Shown: piece after piece, positions 36,869-48,434 of the stretch
How positions within the stretch are numbered: position 1 is the stretch's first letter
How the letters are laid out: the number at the start of each line of letters is the position of its first letter
Origin: Octopus bimaculoides
Taxonomy: Eukaryota
DNA: 64,000 nt
Direction of reading: 5' to 3'
Assembly: GCF_001194135.2 (NCBI RefSeq)
Contig: NC_068983.1
Location: 83,610,421 to 83,674,420, forward strand
The notes under the pieces: generated by a model
Seen by the model: only the letters and a program-made list of their open reading frames with translations
Told to the model about the DNA's origin: nothing
Database searches by the model: none
Made by a program: the position numbers and the translations under genes

Positions 36869-38539
36869 TGTGTGTGTGTGTGCGTGCGTGCGCGTGCATG
36901 TGCATATGTTTACATCATCACAATCGCTAAAAAATTTCAAAAATGAAAAGAGACAAGATTAATATTAGAGAAGAGGATGACTGTGAGTGAACATATTGAG
37001 TCTAATAGCCCACTAGGTAAACATGGAAAAACTACCTTGAAAATTCTTTTAATTAAGTAATAAATTGTAATTCAATGAATTTCATATGTCTTTAAAACTG
37101 GTTGAAAACCCAAACTTTGCATTACAAATATTGTTGCCATTCTCACACCAAAAGCAGTTCATCCATTTATTTGATATTACAAAGAAAATCAGAAACACAA
37201 ACATAAAGATTTCCTTGTCAATGATTCATGAATCACAACTGATTTCCATAAGCACCACATTAAAATGATATTGATCTAGCTGAGAATATTTAGGGTAGGA
37301 CGCCTTCTGATATGGAATTTCTCTGTTAATTTTACCAAGTACGCTAGTCAGCTAATGATCTTAACCTGCTAATAATTTGCATCTAAATTCCCCAAAATTC
37401 TATTTTATAATCTTAAAAAATGAACATATTAGTTATCACTAGTATGTCATCTCTTGTGAAAGTGCTATGGAAAAAGTAACCAGTACACTATATAATTTGG
37501 TTGGCATTAGGAGGGGCATCCACTCTTAGAAATATTTTTTTTTAAATGACAAAGGGAGAAGAACATTTCATTTTTCCTATGAAGCATGGGGCATTGCAGG
37601 ACAGCTAGTTGTTTCTTCAAAACTCTGCTTAACTTCAAAGATGATGACAGTTATCACCATCATTTTAATGTCCATATTTTCATGTCAAAGCAGACACTGG
37701 AGTACAGTGCAGTCTTCTACTTCATCAGTTCCTGTCAAACCATTCAACCCATGCCAACTTGGAAGCTAAATGTTAAATGATAAGGTGGTGATGGTGGATA
37801 GTGTAATAGCATAGGTACTAAATGACAAACTGACAGAATCAAAGCATTGGACCAAATTTCTCACAGTTTCCTACTAAATTTAAATCCTTTTGTGACCAAC
37901 TTAGCCTTCCATTCTACTGGGATTGATAAATAATGTACCAGGCTAGGTACTGAACTGGCAGAATTATTAGAGTGTCGATCAAGATGTCTGGTGGCATTTG
38001 TTCTTGTTTTTTGTGTTTTAAGTTCAAATTCCACTTTGGTTGACTTTGGTGATAGACTATCATAGCCTGCTTTAACATCACCACCTAGTCTTTGTTTGCC
38101 TTTAGCTGAGTCCTTTTAATGCAAATATTTTGGCTGGGTACTTTGTTTGAGACTATTTTCCTCCCTCCCACAAGGTCACCATTTTCAGAGGTCCTATAAA
38201 ATGTCATGGACTCCACCCTTCCCGCCTAACTTAACAGTGAAAAAGTAACACTATGTGCCATTTTAGAATATGGGATGGTCACAGCTACAATGCCCCTGCT
38301 TCTATATTAGTTAGGAACTTGACAACTTGGACTTAGCTATTAACAAAATCTACATCCTCTAGTTATTTCTGGAACTTGAATAAACTCATTTTTATTCCTT
38401 GGAACAAGCTGTCAATAAATCAATGTATATACATGTATAAAAGTGTACATTTGCATGTAAGTATATGCATGTGTGTTTGTATGTGTGTATATAGTCGTTC
38501 TCTTTTATTCTCTTTATATTCAAACAAAGACATTGCATG

Positions 38540-39230
38540 TCACAGTGATGAATGTGTGCACATCATCACAATCTTCAGCTTTTTCCAAATAAGAATTGGG
38601 TGGGTGATACTTTTAGAGGCAGTATTCTCTGGATAGATTCCCTTCCTTATATCAATGTTTACTTGTTTTTCAAGTAAGGTACCTTATTCCACTGATATTT
38701 GTCTGTTGATCTGATGAAATGACAATCGTATTGTTTATATGGTCATAAACAGATGTCAGCACTGTTATTTTTTTCTTATTTTTAATTCCACCCCCCACCC
38801 CAACCCCTAAAATAACATTCAAATTTCTTTACCAACTCGTATTTTAACGTTTTCATGAAAATAATTGGCAGAAATATTTATCTGCATGTAGGGTATGTGT
38901 TACCCTTCCGATGCCCATTTTCTCATTGGTATTGTTTTCACCTTCATGCCCCACATCTTGAATACTTCAATTTTGGGTTCTTTGTATTTTGACAATTTCT
39001 CCACTCTTTTTTTTGAAAATATTTTGATCAGAAGGGACTGCAATGTCTATCAGTAAGCAGGTGTTTTTTTTTCCCCAATCCTTGATTATCATGTCTGAAT
39101 GATTAGCTTTTATCCCTTTCTTGGTTTAAACCAGCAAATCCCAGATGATTGTGGCTTGGTCATTGTCTTGTACCTTGTCTGGCACATGTTTATACCACCT
39201 ATTGTCCGTTTTAATGTTGTAATGCTGGCA
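38540..39230 (-). mobile_element. R4/Dong-type LINE fossil (RLE region plus RT trace)
   Basis: IKANHSDMIIKD..K.TCLLIDIAVPSDQNI..KK.EKLSKYKE.KIEV.KMWGMK; IDIRKGIY at ~38640. Confidence 0.75.
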
Positions 39231-39689
39231 TATTGTCTATTCAATATAACTGCTTACGTGGTCATCTCTGTACATATATTCAGATCTGGCAAAAACTGGG
39301 CAGCCAGAGAAGGCAAGCTGGCAGAGTTGTTAGCATTCAAGACAAAATGCTTTGCAGTATTTTGCTTGTCACTATGTTCTGAGTTCAAATTCCAGCAAGG
39401 TCAACTTTGCCTTTCATCCTTTTAGGGTTGATGAAATAAGTACCAGTTATGCAGTGGGGTTGATTTAATTGACTAGCCCCTTCCCCAAAAATTTCAGGCC
39501 TTGTGCCTATAGTATAAAGGATTATTATTATTACATAGACTGATAACAAATTCTTACTCTTGTCAGAAATGAAGCAGTATCACAGTATTTGAAGAATAAA
39601 GCAGATTCAAAACTGGAATTTCAGGAAAGGAATGCATTTCTCTCTTCTATCATTATTGTTGTTGTTTTCTATTAATTTTTTCCAACAAA

Positions 39690-39749
<60 letters not shown>

Positions 39750-40689
39750 CTAAATCTGCTAATAGAATAAAATCCAATAATAGGTGAAGAAGTTTCCAGT
39801 AATTTCAACAACTGCAACAGCAACAAAACCTAAATAAAAGTGTTAAGAAGAAAAAAAAAAATTGTTAATTTGCCAAATCAATAAATTTACCTAATTTCAA
39901 AAGATTTGATCCAAAGATTGGCCATATGTAGCAAAGAAGCTGTAACTCTGATTGTATCATATGATTGTAAACATTACATTTTGGAATCAGAAAAATTAAT
40001 CAAGTTTAGCTAAGGTAATTAAGAGGGATCTATAAAATGGAACTTGTGTATTTTGGCAATTAATTTCCTACAATATTTTGGACTTGTGAATGTTATTGGA
40101 TGTCAGAGAGAGAAGAAGGTGTTAGCCATTTAGTGATTTTGTGAAGAATAAACAGGAAACTGAGAACAAAGTGGAAAAGTTGTATTCGATAGAAAGTCAA
40201 TAAGGAGTAATTTAATTTTTCTATCAAATTGATACCAAGTTCCACTTCCATGATTCTGGAAAACTGTTAAAAGAAATATTTGCAGCAAAGAATAAGTTAA
40301 AACTTTCTTGAAATAAAGCAGCAAACATTCAGTAGCTATGCTTAGAGAGTGTGAAAGCAAACTTGCTGTTGATGGCTCACATAAATACATATGCTCTGAT
40401 AAGTGTGACTATGTGAAAAATTTGGTTGCTAGAAAAAGTAGTGAGTGCTCCCTCAAATTATGTTCTATGGCTATCTGAAAAGAATTGGAGGATTCATTAG
40501 ATAATGTGCCCAGAAAGAAAACATGATATTCATGGCCAGACTGCCATTTATCATAGGTTTGCTCAGTAAGAGCTGTACTGGAGCTAAACAATATCATATT
40601 CAAAAGCACAATTTTATTTTACTTTACACCCAAATACTCATACATACAGTTTAACACACGTACACAGATATAGACACACACATACACAG

Positions 40690-40985
40690 GCACTCAAGGG
40701 TTCCAGATGATCCGATTAACATAACAGTCTGCTTGTGAAATTAATGTGCAAGTGGCTGAGCACTCCACAGACACACGTACTCTTAATGTAGTTCTCAGAG
40801 AGATTCAGTGTGACACAGAATGTGACAAGGCTGGCCCTTTGAATTACAGGTACTGCTCATTTTTGCCAGCTGAGTAGACTGAAGCAGTGTGAAATAAAGT
40901 ATCTTGCTCAAGGACACAATGCGTTGCTGGAAATTGAACTCACAACCTTGTAATCATGAACCGAATACCCTAACCACTAAGTTAC
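40690..40985 (-). mobile_element. tRNA-derived SINE
   Basis: Reverse of TAGTGGTTAGGGTATTCGG...GAGTTCAATTTCC; shares GAGTGCTCAGCCACTTGCACATTAATTTCAC with the 197-579 family. Confidence 0.7.
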
Positions 40986-41165
40986 ATGCCTTCACATACA
41001 TACACATACAGATATATTCAAGAAGAGACATGTACACAATTATATGCACACAGAACCAACAATCCAGGCGTCTGTACATGAGGTTATACTTCAGTATACA
41101 GAGAATATGACAGGAATAAAACTAATTTAAAATTTAATCATTGTTTTCTGCATATCTATACACAG

Positions 41166-41283
41166 TTACTGAAGCAGTTTGTCATTGCATACCATGTTTA
41201 CAATGGTATCCAACCATTCATTCCTTAAATCAGAATTTGTACACAATTTCTCCAGGTAACACAATGAAGATAATGTCTTATTG
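41166..41283 (+). CDS. 118-nt exon (TEAVCHCIPCLQWYPTIHSLNQNLYTISPGNTMKIMSY) of an unidentified + gene
   Basis: ttttctgcatatctatacacag acceptor, TTG|gtaagt donor, single open frame, phase 1 to 2. Confidence 0.6.
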
Positions 41284-42549
41284 GTAAGTTGCAGATATAT
41301 GATGTTAATAGGTAAATAAATTAGTAATAAAGGAGAATTTTTGAATGAAACAGTAAAAGTAAAAGGGAAAATGAGGAAGTGGTGGAAAAGTTAATCAAAC
41401 AAAATACAAGATACACAAATATACAAAGTATATATATATATATATATATATATNNNNNNNNNNNNNNNNNNNNNNNNNNNNNNNNNNNNNNNNNNNNNNN
41501 NNNNNNNNNNNNNNNNNNNNNNNNNNNNNNNNNNNNNNNNNNNNNNNNNNNNNNNNNNNNNNNNNNNNNNNNNNNNNNNNNNNNNNNNNNNNNNNNNNNN
41601 NNNNNNNNNNNNNNNNNNNNNNNNNNNNNNNNNNNNNNNNNNNNNNNNNNNNNNNNNNNNNNNNNNNNNNNNNNNNNNNNNNNNNNNNNNNNNNNNNNNN
41701 NNNNNNNNNNNNNNNNNNNNNNNNNNNNNNNNNNNNNNNNNNNNNNNNNNNNNNNNNNNNNNNNNNNNNNNNNNNNNNNNNNNNNNNNNNNNNNNNNNNN
41801 NNNNNNNNNNNNNNNNNNNNNNNNNNNNNNNNNNNNNNNNNNNNNNNNNNNNNNNNNNNNNATATATATATATATATATATACCAGTATAAACTGTAATT
41901 TTTGTATAATTATGTATTGTTAATATAACAATACATAAACTATAAAACTATAAATTTATTTATTGATTCTTGAAGGAATTGAACACACACACACGCACAC
42001 ACACACACACACACGCACGCACACATATTATATCTTGCATTGGACATATGGTATTATTCCTGTGGTTTTCCACCGTTATGTATCTATTTTTACTATAAGA
42101 TGTATACCAGTATATTTATATATATATATGTTGGGCCTCACGGATGCAATGACCGAGAGCTTTGGCATTATGTTGTGCTTGAGAAGGAGACCCATCAAAC
42201 AGAACAAAATCAGTCATGGTAGGTACCCGTGCCAGTGGTAGCACATAAAAGCACCCTGGTGTCACACAAATGGCACATAAAAGCATCAATTACACTCTCA
42301 GAGTGGTTGATTTTAGGAAGGGCATCCAGCTGTAGAAAGCCATGCCAAATCAGATTGGAGTGTGGTGCCACCTTCCAGTGTGCCAGCCCAGTCAAACCGT
42401 CCAACCCATGCCAGTATGGACAATGGATGTTAAATGATGACGATGATGATGATGATTATGAAACAAAGCATCAGAACACCAGACCTAGATACAAGATATA
42501 CAAAGATTTGCCGGACCTTGATACAAGATACACACCAGTAATTTAGGTA

Positions 42550-42606
<57 letters not shown>

Positions 42607-42878
42607 NNNNNNNNNNNNNNNNNNNNNNNNNNNNNNNNNNNNNNNNNNNNNNNNNNNNNNNNNNNNNNNNNNNNNNNNNNNNNNNNNNNNNNNNNNNNNN
42701 NNNNNNNNNNNNNNNNNNNNNNNNNNNNNNNNNNNNNNNNNNNNNNNNNNNNNNNNNNNNNNNNNNNNNNNNNNNNNNNNNNNNNNNNNNNNNNNNNTAT
42801 ATATGTATGTATATTTATATGTCATCATCATCATATACATATATATATATATGATATATATATGTATGTATATATATG

Positions 42879-42932
<54 letters not shown>

Positions 42933-43281
42933 TGTGTGTGTATGTATATGACTAGCTTCTTTCAGTCTCTTTCTATTTCATTGACTCACAAGGCTGTGCT
43001 CAGTCTGGGGCTATTCTAGAAGACACTTGCCGAGATTCCATACAGTGGGACTGAACCAAAAGCCATGTGGCCTTATTTGATGCCAGAAAATGTTTTTACC
43101 TCACAACTACCCCTATGCCTGTATTTCCTTTCTCCTTTTATAGGAAAAAAAACGAACCAATATGGAAGTGTATGAACATGATGTGGTCTGCTGATCGATT
43201 TAGGAGGACAATAGTTCTGAAAAAGAAATGATTCATATCAGAATAACCTGTCCAGCCCACACATGCTATTAAAAAAGCAAG

Positions 43282-43650
43282 TGGCTGTGTGGTAATTAGC
43301 TTGCTTACCAACCACATGGTTCCGGGTTCAGTCCCACTGCGTGGCACCTTGGGCAAGTGTCTTCTACTATAGCCTCGGGCCGACCAAAGTCTTGTAAGTC
43401 GATTTGGTAGATGGAAACTGAAAGAAGCCCGTTGTGTGTGTGTTTGTGTGTCTGTGTTTGTCCCCCCACCATCGCTTGACAACCGATGCTGATGTGTTTA
43501 CGTCCCCATAACTTAGCGCTTTGGCAAAAAGTGACCGATAGAATAAGTACTAGGCTTCCAAAGAATAAGTCCTGGGGTCGATTTGCTCAACTAAAGGCAG
43601 TGCTCCAGCATGGCCGCACTCAAATGACTAAAACAAGTAAAAGAGTAAAA
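43282..43650 (+). mobile_element. Near full-length tRNA-derived SINE
   Basis: GGTTCCGGGTTCAGTCC head, core and AAACAAGTAAAAGAG tail; CpGs retained. Confidence 0.85.
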
Positions 43651-44617
43651 GAGTATGATCTGATGATGATGATGATTGTTTTGGTGCATACACAAAAAGT
43701 TATCCTGCTTCATCTTTGCAATGCTTAGAATTTTTATAAACTCCTTTAACATTAGTTTTGTGAGCTCAATGGAGTTTCATAGGCAGTCTCTCTTTTAAAT
43801 TGTCAGTGCTTTGCAATAATCTTGGAATTGATGGGACTCTAGTCACATGATGAACAGGGTCTCAGAATGCAAGGAGTGAAATTAGATTTTGCATGAGACC
43901 TCATTTGATGCCACAAAATTTCCACTGTCCTGGAGACTGGTAATTTATCTATTGACCCTCACCAACAAGATGAAAAGCAAAAATCAACTTTGGTGGCATT
44001 TGAACTCAAATGCACAGAGAACTAAAACAAACACCACAAGGTATTCTATTTAACACTTTAATGATTCTGTAAATTCACACTCTTATTTACATGTACATAT
44101 GTGTGTGTGTGTGTGTCCGTGTGTGTCCGTGTCTGTGTCTGTTTCTGTCTGTCTGTCTGTGTATGTATGTATGTGTACATATATGTATGTATGTATGTAT
44201 GTATACACACATAGACACACACATATATGTGTGTGTGTGTGTGTGTCTGTGTCTGTCTGTCTGTCTGTGTATGTATGTGTACATATATGTATGTATGTAT
44301 ACACACATACACACACACATATGTGTGTGTGTGTGTGTGTCAATAAGTAAAAAAGTGGAAGACAGCTTATCTGAAGATCTTTTAAATTCAAAATATTCAA
44401 ACTACCAAAACATCAAAAATAATAATAGATAAGGGTCCAATCCAGTTCAAAGCATGCATTTATGCACTAAAATATTATGATTCATGAATGAGTGAACAAA
44501 TAAATAAAGCTTATGCGATATTATACATGCTTCAAGCTAAACTCTCATAGTACTGGACAATGGTTGTATAAATAACAGACAAATTTGTTTTGTTTTTTTG
44601 TTGAATTTTTTAATCAG

Positions 44618-44665
44618 TGTAGTTACTTTTCAAGGCTATGATGTAGAAATCAACAAAGATTTTAG
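44618..44665 (+). CDS. 48-nt exon (VVTFQGYDVEINKDF)
   Basis: ttttttaatcag acceptor, AG|gtaaag donor; only phase 2 open, matching the upstream exon. Confidence 0.6.
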
Positions 44666-44940
44666 GTAAAGCATTTGTTCCAGGCAGAGTTCAGCTGAGA
44701 TTTTATCAGAATAGTGATAGTATTAAAAAAATGAAAGTAAACAATGTTGTCAAAAGAACTGTTTCTAGTTAATAATAAATATGAAAATGGTGATGCAGTT
44801 TGATAACCTTTATACCTGAAAGGCTTGGAAATAGAAACATTTTGGATATTTTGGGGTTTCTTTTGAATTTCTGGGTCAATTTTTGTAGTATCAATAAACA
44901 TCAATAAGTTCTTCTTTATCTTTGCACTAATACCTTTAAG

Positions 44941-44996
44941 AATATCTGCAGGTTTCCTCCAACATTTTCAACATAAACAAGAGCATGACACACTAG
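44941..44996 (+). CDS. 56-nt exon (ISAGFLQHFQHKQEHDTL)
   Basis: CTAAT branch site plus cctttaag acceptor, AG|gtaagt donor, phase 2 to 1. Confidence 0.6.
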
Positions 44997-45289
44997 GTAA
45001 GTAAAACACATGAAAGTGTTGCTATCAAGGCTTCTGCCAACAAATCTGCAATGACTTAAATGGATTAGACAAGTCCAAGCCAAGGTAGGTGGGATCATTC
45101 AAAACTCATTACCCTCAAGAGTTGTACCTTGCTCAGAAACATTCCAAGTGCTTTGTGTAATTTTTACACTTGTGAGCCCTCCAAATTCTTTTGGGATTTA
45201 TAAATAAATATTGATTAACCTACACTATCAAAAATTTTCACTAGATAAAACTGGCTGACCACTTCTAAATTTACAGAATATCGAGGCAA

Positions 45290-45790
45290 GTGAAATCAAA
45301 ATCAAAATCGAACTAAATTCGGCAACTGACCCCCATGCCAACGTCTTCTCCTTCATTGGACACTAAATTCACCTTGCGAAGACCTGTTGGGGCAAGCGAA
45401 AGCGAAATCGTGATGGCACCTGTATCAGTGGAGCACTAAGAGCACCGTTCGAGCGTATCGTTACCAGCGTCGCCTTCCTAACACTTGTGCCGGTGGCACG
45501 TGAAAAGTCGTTCGAGCAAGATCGTTGCCAGTTCTGCTGGACTGTGCAGGTGGCACGTAAAATACACCATTTTGAGCGTGGTCATTGCCAGTACCGCCTG
45601 ACTGGCCTTCGTGCTGGTGGCACGTAAAAGCACCCACTACACTCTCTGAGTGGTTGGCATTAGGAAGGGCATCCAGCTGTAGAAACTCTGCCAAATCAGA
45701 TTGGAGCCTGGTGTAACCATCTGGTTCACTAGTCATCAGTCAAATCGTCCAACCCATGCTAGCATGGAAAGCAGACGTTAAACGATGATC
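45290..45790 (+). mobile_element. RTE-type LINE 3' UTR/tail
   Basis: Same family as 1900-2116, ending GTTAAACGATGAT. Confidence 0.8.
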
Positions 45791-45794
45791 ATCA

Positions 45795-46230
45795 TCATCA
45801 TCACTGTCATTATTTTTACGTCTACTTTTCTGTACTTGCATGGGTTCGGTGGGCTCTTCCAAACACTGCATCTCACTATTCATTGTATTTCTTTGTAACT
45901 GTGTTTGTCAGCTTTCATCACTTCTACCAATGTCTTCCTAGGTCTTTTACTTCCACAGTTTCTTCCTACTTCAATCTTTGGGCACTTGTTTATCCATCAG
46001 TTATCATCCATATGCATTAGATATCTGTGCCATCATAGTCTTCTCCTCTCTTGCACACTACATTTGATTCCTCTTATACCCTGCTTATCTTTCAATCAGT
46101 CTGTACCACGTCCTTCATGCACCCTAACATCCTGTGGAGCATACATGCATCATTTCACTCCAGCCTTTGCATATCTCTTGTGTTCAATACCCACATCTCA
46201 CTTTTCATGCCACATTGCACTGAATATCAA
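45795..46230 (-). mobile_element. Older RTE LINE 3' end
   Basis: Reverse strand resembles the RTE C-terminal coding end and CAAGTACAGAAAAGTAGACGTAAA tail. Confidence 0.55.
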
Positions 46231-46254
46231 ATTCAGCATTAAAATTTTGTGTAC

Positions 46255-46322
<68 letters not shown>

Positions 46323-46325
<3 letters not shown>

Positions 46326-47619
46326 GGGTACTCAAAAGTAACCAGAAACCTTCTCTGGGGACAAACCTGTTGTAGTTCAGGTTTCCACTGCTAAAAGCCA
46401 CTTGATGTGACCCCCAGACATCAGTCTGCTGACCAGCATCATCGTGTGAAGTTGTACTGCCACATGGTGTGTCATTGTTTAATAGTGTTTCTCCACTGTT
46501 CATTGATTTTTGTGATGGGTGGAATGAAGGAGCATTGTGAAGGCACAATGGCCCAGTGGTTAGGGCAGCAGACTTACAGTCATAGGATTGCGGTTTCGAT
46601 TCCCAGACCATGCGTTGTGAGTGTTTATTGAGCGAAAACACCTAAAGCTCCACCCGGCTCCGGCAGGGGATGGTGGTGAACCCTGCTGTACTCTTCCATC
46701 ACAACTTTCTCTCACTCTTTCTTCCTGTTTCTGTTGTACCTGTATTTCAAAGGGCCAGCCTTATCACACTGTGTCACACTGAATATCCCCAAGAACTACG
46801 TTAAGGGCACATGTGTCTGTGGAGTGCTCAGCCACTTGCACGTTAATTTCACGAGCAGGCTGTTCCGTTGATTGGATCAACTGGAACCCTCAACGTCGTA
46901 AGTGACGGAGTGCCAACAAGGAATAAAGGAACGGTGTGCTTCTGTGAAATTCTGTTTTCTATTGGGTAAAACAGCAGCTGAAACAGTTGTCAAGCTTCAA
47001 GCAGCTTACAAGGATGCTGTCATGAGCAAAACACAAATTTACAAATGGTTTCCATGCTTTAGGAATGGTCACTTGTTGCTTGAAGACCAACCTCATTCAG
47101 AACAACCATCAACCTCCCAAACAAATGAAACCATCATGAAAATTCATGCACTGATCTTGGAGAACTATTACTGAACAATTAACAAACTTGTTGATATGAC
47201 TGGTGTGTCCTGGAGCTTGTGCGAAAGAGTTTTGAGTGAGGAATTGTGAATGAAAAGAGTTGCAGCAAAACTTATGACTCACATACTCAAGGAACATCAA
47301 AAACGGTCACGACTGAATGAGTGTTGTGAACTGAAAGAATAGTTGAAAGTTGATCCGGACCTTTTTTCTGAAGGTCATCACTGGTGAAGAAAACTAGTGC
47401 TATGGAATTTGCAGATGTGGAAGGGGTGAAAAACAACAACAATGGAGGTGTTAAAAGGCCTCACTTCACAAGTGTTCCAGCACTGCTTTGAACAGTGGAA
47501 AATATGTCTGGACTGATGCATTGCTTCAAGGGGAGAATACTTTGAAGGCAATAAAAATGTAAAAGTAAGTGAATAAGATAGTATTGCAAAATTATGATTT
47601 TCTTTTGGGTAGCCCCTTG
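46323..47619 (+). mobile_element. Mariner element with both TIRs, central deletion and SINE insertion
   Basis: TIRs AAGGGGTACTCAAAAG and rc(CTTTTGGGTAGCCCCTT); ERCASVKFCFLLGKTAAET...KWF...EDQPHSEQPST; C-terminal FEQW..CIASRGEYFEG. Confidence 0.85.
46540..46919 (+). mobile_element. tRNA-derived SINE inserted in the mariner
   Basis: A-box TGGCCCAGTGG, B-box GGTTTCGATTCC; degenerate 19-bp TSD at 46521-46539 and 46920-46938 (15/19). Confidence 0.85.
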
Positions 47620-48097
47620 GATATTGTATCATTTAGAGTAAGGGAGCTGGCACAAAATATGCAGGTAAGAATAAAATTTTAACCAGTGAAGTATGTATAA
47701 TTAAGAAAATGCTTTCCCTGCTGGACATCCATCTTTACAACTACCATTCAAAAAGAAGCACACCTCAGCAACTAACTGTCAGGCTCTCCATACATAATAT
47801 TAGATTCTTTACTTTGTATTTTAAAAGGTTTTGCTACAAAGCTATCTCTTATTTTTATATATTTTCAACTCTTTTCTCCATAGATCACTATGGCAAACAA
47901 TTCAAAAAGAGAAAAATACAATAGAAATACACACAAACACACTTGAGGAGGCAGAGAGAGAAATTTATGTTCATTTTTTTTTTAAGAAAGAATTTATATT
48001 ATAAAAATTCATTCAATCATTCTTGTTACTTGTTCCTGTTTTCTGACAGCTCACTTCTCATCTCACACAAACAAGCACAACTACTCAAACAAATACA

Positions 48098-48134
<37 letters not shown>

Positions 48135-48380
48135 ACACACACACACATATACATCACACACAAATACAGCTATACATACTTACATGTATTGAAAGACATA
48201 TGCTATCACATGTATATTCACAGGTCTGACTGTGAGAACTACTGTGAATGCATATCGTTTTTACATATACATATGGTTGCACCTGTATATATATATATAT
48301 ATATATATGACTCAACAGATAATGTGTGTATACAGTTTATCAGGAACAACTGGCATGTGTGCATGTTTTTNNNNNNNNNN

Positions 48381-48434
<54 letters not shown>

